Source: Anaerolineales bacterium (GTDB lineage Bacteria; Chloroflexota; Anaerolineae; Anaerolineales; Villigracilaceae). Taken from it: a stretch of DNA of 64,000 bases. The notes beneath the pieces were generated by a model, which was not told where the DNA came from, did not search any database, and was given only the letters and a program-made list of their open reading frames with translations. The stretch covers positions 930-64,929 of the forward strand of contig DATKAF010000297.1 of NCBI GenBank assembly GCA_035498395.1. Reading direction: 5' to 3'. Positions 51,996 through 61,728 of the stretch are shown piece by piece (positions within the stretch are counted from its first letter, which is position 1; each line of letters opens with the position of its first letter). The position numbers and the translations under genes were made by a program.

Positions 51996-52958
51996 TTATT
52001 CGTCTTCGTCGGGGTCGATGGAGAGGAGGTCGAAGCGACTTAGCTCATCGGTGAATTCGATATTATCCAGGGCCTCTTCGAGGAAGTCGATGTCCTCCTC
52101 TTCCTCGGCCAGGTCGAGCAGGTTCTCGATGTAGACGCGGGCATCCTCGCCGCCGACCTGGGAAAGGGACCAGATGGCGGCGCTGGTGATCTCATCCTCG
52201 TCCTCATCCTCCAGCACCTTGAACAGCATGGTGCGTGCGGAAGCCAGGCGCAGCTCCCCTGCCGCCTCCACGGCTGCCAGGCGGATGAGCGGGTTCTCGT
52301 CGAGCATGCGCGACAGCACCGGCTCCTCCCAACGCTCGTCGAAGGAACGACCCATGGCGAACAAGGCGCTCGCCTGCCAATCGGGGTTCTCGCGGCGGTA
52401 GGCCGATTCGATCAGGGTGGCTACTTCCGGGCGGGAGGAGAAACCGAGCGACTCCAGCGCATTGCGGCGGACCAGCAACTGATCTTCGCCGTTTGCCTTC
52501 TCCAGTAAGGCGTCTTCCACCTGGCGGCGCGCGTCATCGGGGATCTCTTCGAGCTCGCCCAACTCCACGTATTTGCCAAGCGCACTCGCCGCCTCAGCGC
52601 GGGCCGAGGCGTCGGCATCGTCCGTCAGAATCTTGATCAGGGGCGGAATCAGCTTGGTGTCGTCCGACTCATCCAGCAGGCGGATGGCGCGCATACGGAC
52701 CTCGGGATCGGTATCGGTCAGGAGCGAGCGGGCAAGCGCATCGAAGGAGACGAGGGTATCCTGCTCCGCGAGCGATTGAATGCCTTCAAGCAGGGTGCGC
52801 TTTCGTTCCGGCGCGATGCTCGGCCATACCTCGCCCAGGGCTTGAATGGAAGCAGGGTCGAGGTCGGAGAATTCCTGCAGCGAGCGGCGGGATAAATCCT
52901 GTATGCCCTCGGCCAGCTCGTCGATCGCTTTGTGGAAGGAAGTCTTGGACTCGGTCAT
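51996..52958 (-). CDS. HEAT-repeat protein
   Basis: Repeated DPEVRMRAIRLL, ASARAEAASALG and LIRLAAVEAAGEL type helices with an acidic C-terminus. ATGA overlap with the RseP-like stop. Confidence 0.8.
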   Translation of the reverse strand: MTESKTSFHKAIDELAEGIQDLSRRSLQEFSDLDPASIQALGEVWPSIAPERKRTLLEGIQSLAEQDTLVSFDALARSLLTDTDPEVRMRAIRLLDESDDTKLIPPLIKILTDDADASARAEAASALGKYVELGELEEIPDDARRQVEDALLEKANGEDQLLVRRNALESLGFSSRPEVATLIESAYRRENPDWQASALFAMGRSFDERWEEPVLSRMLDENPLIRLAAVEAAGELRLASARTMLFKVLEDEDEDEITSAAIWSLSQVGGEDARVYIENLLDLAEEEEDIDFLEEALDNIEFTDELSRFDLLSIDPDEDE

Positions 52959-54400
52959 TTCGGCAAGGTCACAATAGCGGGATTCACAAAGTCCATCACG
53001 TTCACGTAGACCATGAAGGCGAGCAGCAGCGCCATGCCCACCGCGTTGATGCGGTTCTCCCATTCGGGCGGAACGCGCTTGCGGAGGATGAGCTCGGGCA
53101 ATACAAACATGATGCGGCCGCCGTCCAGCGCGGGAAACGGGAAGAGGTTCAGCACGCCGAGGCTGATGGTCAGGACGCCGATCAGTTGCAGCGTAAAGTA
53201 GGTCGGGCCGGTGGAAGAGGCGGGAGGCGCGGAGGCGGGCTGGGGCTCGCGGCTCTGGACGTCGCGCGAAACAGCCTGCCCGAACAGGTCATAGATGCCC
53301 TTGAGGCCGACAAAGCGGCTGTCCTGAGAACTGACCTGGCCGCGGAGCATCTGAGCAGGCAGCAGCACGAGCAGGCGAACCTGCTCATACACGGCGAGCG
53401 ATCCGTAGCGGACGGAGTCGATCACGGACCCGCTCGGGATGAGAGCCGGACCCATGGAAATGCCCAGCGCACCCTGCCCCTGCGGACGCGTGCTGGAGGG
53501 GACGGCGGTGACATTCACGGTCTGGGAGCCGCGGCGGAGGGCAAGCTGGATGGGCTTATCGATGTTGTTATAGATGATGTCGTGAAGTTGCGTCGAATCT
53601 GTTACGGCCGTGCCGTTGGCAGCAACGATGACGTCATTGCTCTTCAGCCCGGCCTGGGCGGCTGGAGACCCGGGCATGACCTCGGCGACCTGAACCTTGG
53701 TGTAATCGGGCACACCGATCTGGAAGAAGAGGATGCTGAAGACGGCGACACCCAGTAGCAGGTTCATGGTCGGGCCGGCAAACAGGACTGCCAGCCGCGT
53801 CCACGGGCTGGCCGCGGCGAGCCCGCCGGGGATGGAGGGATCGTTCTCGCCCTTCGGGCGGACGAAGCCGCCGATGGGGAGCCAGTTCAAGGTGAATTGC
53901 GTGCCCGGATGGATCTCGGTGATGACGTCGTCGAAGCGCTGCTGGCCTTCCTGCCCGCCGAGCTTGACCTCGCGGCGGGAGGGGCCGGTACTCATCGTAT
54001 CCACGACCTTTCCCGTGGGATCCACGTACATCTCAGGCTGCTTGGTCGGATCTGTCCAGGTCTGCCGCCGGGCGGGCATCTCGTCGCTGAATGCGAGGGT
54101 GCGAAGGACGAGGCGGGAGCCGACCGGGTCGGCGGTGAGCGTCACGTCGCGATCGAGGACAGTGGACCAGCCGAAGGGCAGGTCGAAATTCGACGGGATC
54201 TCGAGGCGCCTGCCGCTGCGGAGAAGCAGATAGCCCTTCTGCCGCCAGAAGGTGGCGAGGCGCGGCGGGAGGCCAAAGCCGAATTCCTCGACCTCGACCT
54301 TGAGCAGGCGGGCTACGATAAAGTGTCCGAACTCGTGGATGAAGACCACGCCGGCGAACACGGCGATAAAGATCAGGAGCGATAGGATGGGTAGATTCAT
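52955..54400 (-). CDS. rseP: Site-2 protease, RseP-type M50 zinc metalloprotease with a PDZ region
   Basis: HEFGH zinc motif in TM1, a PDZ-like PGSPAAQAGLKSNDVIVAANG, and NLFPFPALDGGRI (NxxPxxxLDG). Confidence 0.9.
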   Translation of the reverse strand: MNLPILSLLIFIAVFAGVVFIHEFGHFIVARLLKVEVEEFGFGLPPRLATFWRQKGYLLLRSGRRLEIPSNFDLPFGWSTVLDRDVTLTADPVGSRLVLRTLAFSDEMPARRQTWTDPTKQPEMYVDPTGKVVDTMSTGPSRREVKLGGQEGQQRFDDVITEIHPGTQFTLNWLPIGGFVRPKGENDPSIPGGLAAASPWTRLAVLFAGPTMNLLLGVAVFSILFFQIGVPDYTKVQVAEVMPGSPAAQAGLKSNDVIVAANGTAVTDSTQLHDIIYNNIDKPIQLALRRGSQTVNVTAVPSSTRPQGQGALGISMGPALIPSGSVIDSVRYGSLAVYEQVRLLVLLPAQMLRGQVSSQDSRFVGLKGIYDLFGQAVSRDVQSREPQPASAPPASSTGPTYFTLQLIGVLTISLGVLNLFPFPALDGGRIMFVLPELILRKRVPPEWENRINAVGMALLLAFMVYVNVMDFVNPAIVTLPK

Positions 54401-54499
54401 GCTTTACTCGTCCGATTATTATATACGCGAGGCGTTAATGCAAGATGAACAAGCGTATAGATGGATTTGTAAGGGGGGGCCTTACGAGGGGGCGAATGG

Positions 54500-54730
54500 T
54501 CTCGATACGGCCCGGCAAGGCACCGGGCCTACTCGACCAACGCGATCCTCCATAACCACTGACCCTTCCCCCACAGGGGAGGGAGAACGGCTGAGGCCGT
54601 TACTACAGGCCGCAGCTCTCCCCTGCTCTTCGCTTCGGGGACCCTCGGGCTGGGGAGGGCGCACGATCGTGTGCCCCTACACGCGGCGGGGGGATCTCGA
54701 TACGCCAGAAGAACTCTGGCTACTCGACCA
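54500..54730. repeat. Two copies of a composite motif TCTCGATACG-[hairpin]-CTACTCGACCA
   Basis: Copy A is 54500-54539 (hairpin GGCCCGG/CCGGGCC). Copy B is 54695-54730 (hairpin GCCAGA/TCTGGC) and overlaps the stop codon of the decarboxylase gene. Confidence 0.5.
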
Positions 54731-55709
54731 GCGGGGCCTCCTCCAGGAGGCGTGTAGGGCCGCCAGCGGAGGCCACCAGCACCTGTTTAACGCCGGGAAG
54801 GCCGCGGAGGCGCGATGCTGCTTCCGGGGCATGTGCGGCGGGGCACAAGACATGGACGTTTGGCCCGGCATCGAGTGTGTAGCAGGCCGGGAGGCCTTCC
54901 TGCCGCCAGGCGCGAACAGCCTGCATGATGGCGAGGCTGGCGGGAAGCCAGTAGTGGAGAGGCGGGGTGGAGGTCATCATGACCGCGTGCATCATGTCGG
55001 AGTCGAGCTCGACGACCGAGGCCAGCAGGTCGAAATCGCAATCGGCGATGGCGCGGCGGCAAAGGTCGAGGCGGCGCGAGGCATCGGCGAGGCGGGCGGT
55101 TTGCAGGGGGCTGGTCGAAGCGAGGGCATGCCCCTCGGTGGAGCCGGTCTGCTTGTGGACATCGCTGACGATGGCGATGCAATCGACGAGCGGCCAATGA
55201 TCGGGCGGGGCGATGGAGGCGGCGTAGGAGTCGTCTTCCCTTACGCCCACAAACCATTCCACAAAGCCAGAGGGGATGGAACGGCAGGCAGAGCCGGAGC
55301 CGCGGCGTGCCAGGCGGGAGAGGTCCGCTTCATTTAAGTCCAGGCCAGCGGCGCGGCTGGCAGCCAGGGCGAGGGCCGCGAAGGCCGACGCAGAGGAGGC
55401 GATGCCAGCGCCGGAGGGAAAGTTGTTCTCGCTGACGACCTCGGCGTGTTCCGCGGTGGTGGCCCGCTGCCGGATGAGGTCGAGGAAGCAGGAGACGCGC
55501 TCGAGGGCGGCCCCGACGATCTCTTTGCCGTTGATGATCAGCTCGTCGTACGGGAGAGAGCGCTGGAAGCTTACCGTGGTGCGCGTGTAGAGACCGTCCA
55601 GGTTCATGGAGATGGAGCCGTTGGCGGGAAGGCGAAGCGCGCGGTCGCGATTGCCCCAGTATTTAATGAAGGCGATATTGGCTGATGCTTGAGCGGTGGC
55701 GGTGCTCAT
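54720..55709 (-). CDS. mvaD: GHMP-family mevalonate-pathway decarboxylase (diphosphomevalonate or phosphomevalonate decarboxylase)
   Basis: ANIAFIKYWGNRD, and NNFPSGAGIASSASAFAALA (GHMP ATP-binding motif). Confidence 0.9.
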   Translation of the reverse strand: MSTATAQASANIAFIKYWGNRDRALRLPANGSISMNLDGLYTRTTVSFQRSLPYDELIINGKEIVGAALERVSCFLDLIRQRATTAEHAEVVSENNFPSGAGIASSASAFAALALAASRAAGLDLNEADLSRLARRGSGSACRSIPSGFVEWFVGVREDDSYAASIAPPDHWPLVDCIAIVSDVHKQTGSTEGHALASTSPLQTARLADASRRLDLCRRAIADCDFDLLASVVELDSDMMHAVMMTSTPPLHYWLPASLAIMQAVRAWRQEGLPACYTLDAGPNVHVLCPAAHAPEAASRLRGLPGVKQVLVASAGGPTRLLEEAPLVE

Positions 55710-55781
55710 AAGTGAACGTACGATCTGTCCAGTGTATCACACGTGTCTTCGCCTTTCCGGGACGGTAGGCTCATACTTGGG

Positions 55782-57635
55782 TTACACCAGCAAATACCAA
55801 TCCAGGAATCTCTCAATGCGTGCATAGACATCCAACTGGTTCTTGCGGCGTAAGAAGCCATGCGGCTCATCAGCATAGGTCTTGTATTCAAACGTCTTAC
55901 CGTGCCGCCGCAGCGCCCCCACCCACTCTTCTGAGGCCTCGGGCGGCACGATATCGTCCAGGAGGCCGTGCAGGATCAGTACCGGCTTGCGGACGTTCTC
56001 CACTTCGCGGATGGGCGAGCCGTCCAGATAGGCCTGGCGATTCCGGGCGGGGTGGCCGAGGAAGATCTCGGTATAGAGCCGCAGCTCACGGCTGCACTGT
56101 GCCCAGGACGAGATCAGGTTCGAGTCGCCGTACTTGGCGACGCCGCAGGCGAACATGTAGTCGGGGTCACGTGAAAGAGCGCAGGCGGTCATGTATCCGC
56201 CGTAGCTACCGCCGAAGATCGCCAGCCGCTCAGGGTCGATGCCGGGCAGGCCGCGCAGGAAGCGCGCTCCATACAGGCAGTCTTGCAGATCGCCCCTGCC
56301 CCAGTCGTTGTAGTTGGCGTGCTCGAACGGCAGGCCGTAGCCTGTGGAACCGCGGTAGTTCGGTGCGAGGAAGGTATAACCCTTTGCGACCAGGTACTGC
56401 GCCAACGCGTCAAATTCGGCGGCATAGAGCGAGGACGGGCCGCCATGAGGATGCAGGATGGCGGCCTGGTTCGAGTGCTGCGGCCTGAACAGGAAGGCGG
56501 GGATCTCCAGCCCGTCTGCGCTGCGGTAGCTGACACACTCAGGCATTACCAGCCGGTTGCATGCCATTGCAGGCGGATTGGAGAAGGTTAGCTGCGTGAT
56601 GTGATGGTTGTGCAGGTCCATGCGGTAGAGGTCGGGCGGCTGCACTGGCGACTCGAACTCAAAGGTCAGCGCGCCGCCATCAGGCGTCCACTGCGGGCGC
56701 GAGTGAGTTCCCATTTCGGTGCGCAGGTCAAACACGTCTCCCGATTCGACCTCCACCAATGCCAGGTTGAATGAGCCGTTGCGGTCGACAGTGCAGGCGA
56801 TCTGCCGACCAGCCGGTGACCATTCGACATCGGAGATGTCGGCTCCAACGCTTGTGATCTGATGGAGGCCATTGCCATCCGGCCGGATCAGCCAGAGGTC
56901 GTTCCAGCCCGCCTCCTGTGAGATGAACGCCAGCCAGGTCCCGTCCGGTGACCAGCGCGGCAACCAGGCGCGCACGCCGGCCTTTCCATAGAGCGTGCAC
57001 GGCGCGCCGCTTGCCACGTCGATCAGACAGATATCCGTCCGGTTGAGGTTGTCGAACGGGCGATAGACGAATGCGATCGTCTTGCCATCCGGCGCAGGCT
57101 GCGGATCCCAATGATCGCCTTTCGCATCCGTGGTCAGGGCACGGGGCCAGGAGCCGTCGCGGTCGGTGAGCAGCAGTTGATCCGCTTCATGCCGCGTCAC
57201 GCCGACGATCAGGCCGATGGCGTCGGGCATCCAATGCGGGGCAAAGGCGGACTCGGTGAAATCGCTGATCTTCTTGGGCAGCCCGCCTGCCGCCGGGACG
57301 ACATGCACATGCCCCTCGATGCAGAACGCCAGCATGCTGCTATCGGGCGACCATTGCGGCACTTCGTCGTCCCAGAAGGCCACCAGCCCGCGTTCGGTGC
57401 TAAGGCGTGCGGGCCAGCCTCCGCCGGCAGGCAGCACGTAGACATCCGAGAGAGTCTCGCCATCCTTGATGTAAGCAATCGTCCTGCCGTCCGGCGAGAG
57501 GCGATGATTGCGTATCCGCTCAAGCGAGGTGATGAGCGAAAGACACCACCCCTCCGGCGGCTTAACATCCGGCCTGGCAATGGATGGCCAGCCGTTGCAC
57601 TCGTACTTCTCGGTGATGTGGATGGGCTTTTCCAA
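55782..57635 (-). CDS. S9-family serine peptidase (prolyl oligopeptidase/acylaminoacyl-peptidase type) with an N-terminal beta-propeller
   Basis: Repeated SPDG...IAF propeller blades. Nucleophile elbow GGSYGGYM, Asp in HGLLDDIVP and His in DEPHGF. TTG start 5 nt after GGGAGGA. Confidence 0.9.
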   Translation of the reverse strand: MEKPIHITEKYECNGWPSIARPDVKPPEGWCLSLITSLERIRNHRLSPDGRTIAYIKDGETLSDVYVLPAGGGWPARLSTERGLVAFWDDEVPQWSPDSSMLAFCIEGHVHVVPAAGGLPKKISDFTESAFAPHWMPDAIGLIVGVTRHEADQLLLTDRDGSWPRALTTDAKGDHWDPQPAPDGKTIAFVYRPFDNLNRTDICLIDVASGAPCTLYGKAGVRAWLPRWSPDGTWLAFISQEAGWNDLWLIRPDGNGLHQITSVGADISDVEWSPAGRQIACTVDRNGSFNLALVEVESGDVFDLRTEMGTHSRPQWTPDGGALTFEFESPVQPPDLYRMDLHNHHITQLTFSNPPAMACNRLVMPECVSYRSADGLEIPAFLFRPQHSNQAAILHPHGGPSSLYAAEFDALAQYLVAKGYTFLAPNYRGSTGYGLPFEHANYNDWGRGDLQDCLYGARFLRGLPGIDPERLAIFGGSYGGYMTACALSRDPDYMFACGVAKYGDSNLISSWAQCSRELRLYTEIFLGHPARNRQAYLDGSPIREVENVRKPVLILHGLLDDIVPPEASEEWVGALRRHGKTFEYKTYADEPHGFLRRKNQLDVYARIERFLDWYLLV

Positions 57636-57961
57636 GAGGTTCCTCCCGCCGCACGTTATTACCGTATGCGGACACTACGGATTTCACGGAGCATATCGCG
57701 GTCTCATGTCCTTCAACGCCCACCTGTTTCCTCCAATTGCGTCGGATGGAGAGTGGCCAACCAGGGCTTTGTCGACGCCTTTGGAGGAGGTTTCCCGGAA
57801 GGGGGGAGGGGTAGGATTGTCAGATGTTCTTAGCCTTCCGATTGCACAGCGAACCGCACTGATCCGTGTACCTGCCATCACAAGTATAGCAAAATGCCCC
57901 GTTTCATTGTACAATGACTATGAGGGTTCCTTGCTGAAGAAGCCTAGCTAATTCCACTTCG

Positions 57962-57996
57962 GCACCAGGGTCGCCAGTCCGGCCTGGTGCTTTTTT
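57962..57996 (+). terminator. Terminator-like hairpin (8-bp stem GCACCAGG/CCTGGTGC, T6) 20 nt upstream of the SBP start codon
   Basis: Read directly. It is followed by the GAGGAGA SD and the ATG at 58016. Confidence 0.6.
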
Positions 57997-58015
57997 GTTC
58001 CCAGAGGAGAATGCC

Positions 58016-59704
58016 ATGAAACGAAGACTGCTTTGTGCGATCCTGCTGGCCGCTGGACTCCTGGCGGCTTGTAGCAGGCAGAGGGCATCGCCCACCACGA
58101 CTTCCTCGTCAACCCAGGCAGCGGTTGCGCCGACACAAGCTCCAGCGCCGAGCGGTCCAGCGGTGCTGCACGAAGGCTGGACCGAGAACCCGGACACGCT
58201 CAACCCGGCGTATGCATACCTTACGCAGTCCTATACCATCTTCGACCTGATTTACAACGGGTTGACAACGGAATCGCCGGATGGCAAGTACGTGGGGGCG
58301 CTTGCCAAGGATTGGTCTGTGGCGGCGGACAATGTGACGTGGACGATCCACCTCAAGGAGGGCATTAAGTGGCACAACGGCGAGGACTTAAAGGCAAGCG
58401 ACATCGCCTGGGCCATCAACGCCGTGATGGAGCATCCCGATTGGTGGTCGTCCACCTCCAACTACGCCAACGGCTTCAAGGAGGTGACCGCTCCCGACGA
58501 CCATATGGTGCAGATCGTCACCGAGTACCCGATCGCAAACATGGAGTACCGGCTCTCGTTCCTCTACGCGGTCTATCCGCCGGACTTCAACAAATTCACG
58601 AGCGCTGAGGAGCTCCAGAACTTCAATAACTTCAACGCCATCGGCACGGGGCCGTTCAAGATCAATGTGTTCGACAAGGACAAGGGCATCCTGATCCTGG
58701 ATGCCAACCAGGACTACTTTGACGGCGGGCCGCACATCGACCAGATGATCTTCCAGAAGTTCGACAACGCAGATGCGCTGATCCAGGCGCTCAAAGTCGG
58801 CGACATCGATCTGATCAGCGAAGTGCCTGCCACCGCCTTCGAGACGATCAAGAGCTATGCTGGCGTCCAGGCGGTCAAGGAGGATGGGCGCTACTTTAAT
58901 GAGCTGATCCTGAACTCGGTAGCTGAGACCAACGACCCAGCGCCGAAACGCAACCCGGCCATCCTCGATCCGGCAGTCCGCCTGGCGATCGCGTCTGCCA
59001 TCAACAAGCAGGACCTGGTGGATGTGGTCCTGCAAGGCATCGGCTCTCCGGGCGACACCATCGTCCCGCCGACGCTCGGAGGCGGCTTCTGGCATAACCC
59101 CAACATCCAGGAAGTGAAATTCGATATCGCGGCTGCCAACAAAATCCTCGACGACGCGGGCTACAAGGCGGGCGCCGACGGCGTGCGCACGGACGGCAAG
59201 GACCGGCTCGAGTTCCGCCTCCAGTTCCCCACCCAGAATCCCGTGTATCCGCGCATCGCCGATATGCTGGCCAGCAACTTCCAACAGATTGGGATCAAGG
59301 CCGACGTGGAAGCCGTTGACACCGACAGCCTGACAGCGGCCGTCACACCCACTGGCGATTACGACATGGTCATCTGGGGCTGGGGCCCGGACCCCGACCC
59401 GGATTTCATCCTGAGCGTGCTGACGACCGACCAGTTCATTTCTGGCGGGTGGAGTGACAGCGGCTACCATAGTCCCGAGTACGACCAGCTCTACCTCGAC
59501 CAGCAGGAGGCTATTGATAAGAGCCAGCGCCAGCAGATCGTGTGGAAGATGCAGGACATGGTATTTAATGACCGGCCCTACATTGTGCTGTACTACGAGA
59601 AGCTGCTCCAAGCCTACCGCTCCGACCGCTTCACCGGCTTCATCGAGTCGCCGCTGGGGATCGATATCGCCCAGTCGCTGCTGAACGTGACAGCAGTAAA
59701 GTAG
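58016..59704 (+). CDS. ABC transporter substrate-binding lipoprotein, family 5 (Opp/Dpp/Nik type)
   Basis: Lipobox MKRRLLCAILLAAGLLAAC. Family-5 SBP length and motifs (LNPAY..., GTGPFK). Start at the internal ATG after GAGGAGA. Confidence 0.9.
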   Translation: MKRRLLCAILLAAGLLAACSRQRASPTTTSSSTQAAVAPTQAPAPSGPAVLHEGWTENPDTLNPAYAYLTQSYTIFDLIYNGLTTESPDGKYVGALAKDWSVAADNVTWTIHLKEGIKWHNGEDLKASDIAWAINAVMEHPDWWSSTSNYANGFKEVTAPDDHMVQIVTEYPIANMEYRLSFLYAVYPPDFNKFTSAEELQNFNNFNAIGTGPFKINVFDKDKGILILDANQDYFDGGPHIDQMIFQKFDNADALIQALKVGDIDLISEVPATAFETIKSYAGVQAVKEDGRYFNELILNSVAETNDPAPKRNPAILDPAVRLAIASAINKQDLVDVVLQGIGSPGDTIVPPTLGGGFWHNPNIQEVKFDIAAANKILDDAGYKAGADGVRTDGKDRLEFRLQFPTQNPVYPRIADMLASNFQQIGIKADVEAVDTDSLTAAVTPTGDYDMVIWGWGPDPDPDFILSVLTTDQFISGGWSDSGYHSPEYDQLYLDQQEAIDKSQRQQIVWKMQDMVFNDRPYIVLYYEKLLQAYRSDRFTGFIESPLGIDIAQSLLNVTAVK

Positions 59705-59723
59705 CGTTCTTGAAGGCGTACAA

Positions 59724-59759
59724 CGCCTGCCCCTGTCCCAGACTGGAAAGGGGCAGGCG
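59724..59759 (+). other. Intercistronic hairpin (perfect 11-bp stem) between the SBP and permease genes
   Basis: CGCCTGCCCCT-N14-AGGGGCAGGCG. No T-tract follows. Confidence 0.5.
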
Positions 59760-59771
59760 ACGCGAGTCCAC

Positions 59772-60749
59772 ATGAGCCGCCGGGATTACCTGCTACGCAA
59801 GCTAGGATTCTCTTTGATGACCGTAGTGATCGTGTTGGTCATCAATTTCGTGCTGTTCCGCATCCTGCCCGGCGACCCGGTGCGGGCGGTCATCGGACGA
59901 AACGTCCGCATCTCGCCGGAGGTGCAGCAGGCGCTGCGCGTGCAATTCGGCCTGGACAAGCCTGTCTTTCCCGACCAGTTCCTGGACACTGTAGGCCAGT
60001 GGGCGCGGGGCAACCTCGGCATCTCCTGGTCGCTGCGACGGCCCGTGAAGGATATCCTGCTGGCAAAGCTTGTCAATACCGTGATCCTGATCGGGCTGGG
60101 GCAGATCTTCGCCATCGTGCTGGGCGTGGTGCTGGGCCTGCTGGCCGGCTGGAAACGCAAGTCAGCCGTGGACGTCAGCGCGCTGACTTTTTCGCTCATC
60201 GCCTGGGCGGTGCCAACCTTCTGGCTCGGCATCATCCTGCTGGCGGCAGGCAGCTCCTGGCTTGGACTCCCGACCGGCGGCATCGTCAGCCCTGCCAACG
60301 TGAGCAAGCCGCTGTATGCTGTCCTGCCAGACCTGGGCCGCCATTTGATCCTGCCAACCTTAACGCTTACCATCCTGTACCTTGGCGAATACATGCTCAT
60401 CATGCGCTCTTCCATCCTGGAGGTATTAGGCGAAGACTACATCCTGACCGCCAAGGCCAAGGGCATGAGCCAGTGGCAGGTGCTGATGCGCCATGGACTG
60501 AAGAATGCGATGCTGCCCATCGTCACGTTGATCGCGCTGAACCTTGGCTTTACGGTCTCCGGCGCGATCTACATCGAGACGGTTTTCTCGTACGACGGCC
60601 TAGGCAAACTATTCCAGGACGCACTGACCAAGCAGGACTACCCGCTGCTCCAGGGCGCATTCCTGCTGCTGGCGGTCAGCGTGATCCTGGCAAACATGAG
60701 CGCCGATGTGCTGTACACGTACCTGGACCCGCGCGTGAAGGCGAACTGA
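59772..60749 (+). CDS. ABC transporter permease (OppB/DppB-like)
   Basis: N-terminal YLLRKLGFSLMTVVIVLVINFVLFRILPGDP and an EAA-loop region (MRSSILEVLGEDYILTAKAKG). Confidence 0.9.
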   Translation: MSRRDYLLRKLGFSLMTVVIVLVINFVLFRILPGDPVRAVIGRNVRISPEVQQALRVQFGLDKPVFPDQFLDTVGQWARGNLGISWSLRRPVKDILLAKLVNTVILIGLGQIFAIVLGVVLGLLAGWKRKSAVDVSALTFSLIAWAVPTFWLGIILLAAGSSWLGLPTGGIVSPANVSKPLYAVLPDLGRHLILPTLTLTILYLGEYMLIMRSSILEVLGEDYILTAKAKGMSQWQVLMRHGLKNAMLPIVTLIALNLGFTVSGAIYIETVFSYDGLGKLFQDALTKQDYPLLQGAFLLLAVSVILANMSADVLYTYLDPRVKAN

Positions 60750-60753
60750 GGGC

Positions 60754-61728
60754 ATGGGCGAAGGCTCGACGCGCTTCAAACGGAGCCTGCTGGAGTTCTG
60801 GCGCACCTTCCGGGCGAACAAGCTCGGGCTGCTGGGCGCATTCCTGGTGATGACTACGGTGATCGCCGCCATCCTGGCCCCGGCGCTGACGCCATATCAG
60901 CCGACCGATATCATGCGGGATGCGGCGGGCCACCCCCTGACCTTTGCCTCACCAGCCGTGCATGGCCCGCTCGGTACCGATGACGCCGGCCGCGACGTAT
61001 GGACCGAGCTGATCTACGGCGCGCGCATCTCCCTGACCGTAGGCTTCCTGGCCGGTTTCATTGCGATGGTGGTCGGCAGTCTGTTCGGGATCACGGCAGG
61101 CTACTACGGCGGCGGCATCGACAACGCGCTCATGCGAACCACCGATGTGCTGCTGGTCATCCCAGACCTGCCGTTGATATTGGTGCTGGTGGCAACCTTG
61201 CGGCAGATGCAGCTTCACGTCTCGCCGCTGGTAGTGCTGATCTTCGTCATCGGGCTATTGTATTGGACGAGCACTGCGCGGTTGATCCGCTCGCAGGTGC
61301 TGACCATCAAGGAGCGCCAGTTCGTGGCGCGGGCACGCGCCATCGGGGCAGGCGACAACTACATCATCCGAAAGCACATCCTGCCGCAGATCATGCCTCT
61401 GATCGTGGCAAACACCGTCTTGATCATTTCGACCGCCATCCTGGTCGAATCGGGGCTGGCATTCCTCGGATTGGGCGACCCAACCCAGCCATCCTGGGGA
61501 ACCATCCTCAATTTCGCTTTTGACCGAAACGCCATCACGAACGGCGCCTGGTGGTTCTATCTCCCGCCGGGGCTGGCGATTGTCTGGGTATCGCTGGGAT
61601 GTGTGCTGCTGGGCAATGTACTGGAGGAAATGCTGAACCCGCGACTCACCGGGCATCACCTGGAGGGCGGAGAGAAGATGGTGGCAGTCCAGAAGCAGGA
61701 CAGAGAGCATGAGCGAGCCTCTGCTTAG
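60754..61728 (+). CDS. ABC transporter permease (OppC/DppC-like)
   Basis: Typical OppC layout, including the EAA-like region ARLIRSQVLTIKERQFVARARAIGA. Confidence 0.9.
   Translation: MGEGSTRFKRSLLEFWRTFRANKLGLLGAFLVMTTVIAAILAPALTPYQPTDIMRDAAGHPLTFASPAVHGPLGTDDAGRDVWTELIYGARISLTVGFLAGFIAMVVGSLFGITAGYYGGGIDNALMRTTDVLLVIPDLPLILVLVATLRQMQLHVSPLVVLIFVIGLLYWTSTARLIRSQVLTIKERQFVARARAIGAGDNYIIRKHILPQIMPLIVANTVLIISTAILVESGLAFLGLGDPTQPSWGTILNFAFDRNAITNGAWWFYLPPGLAIVWVSLGCVLLGNVLEEMLNPRLTGHHLEGGEKMVAVQKQDREHERASA

Noticed and set aside
57919-57936. Five-codon mini-ORF (MRVPC) in the leader of the ABC importer, considered as a possible leader peptide.
   Set aside because: It is too short, has no SD and has no obvious regulatory codon content. 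The attenuator idea does not depend on it.
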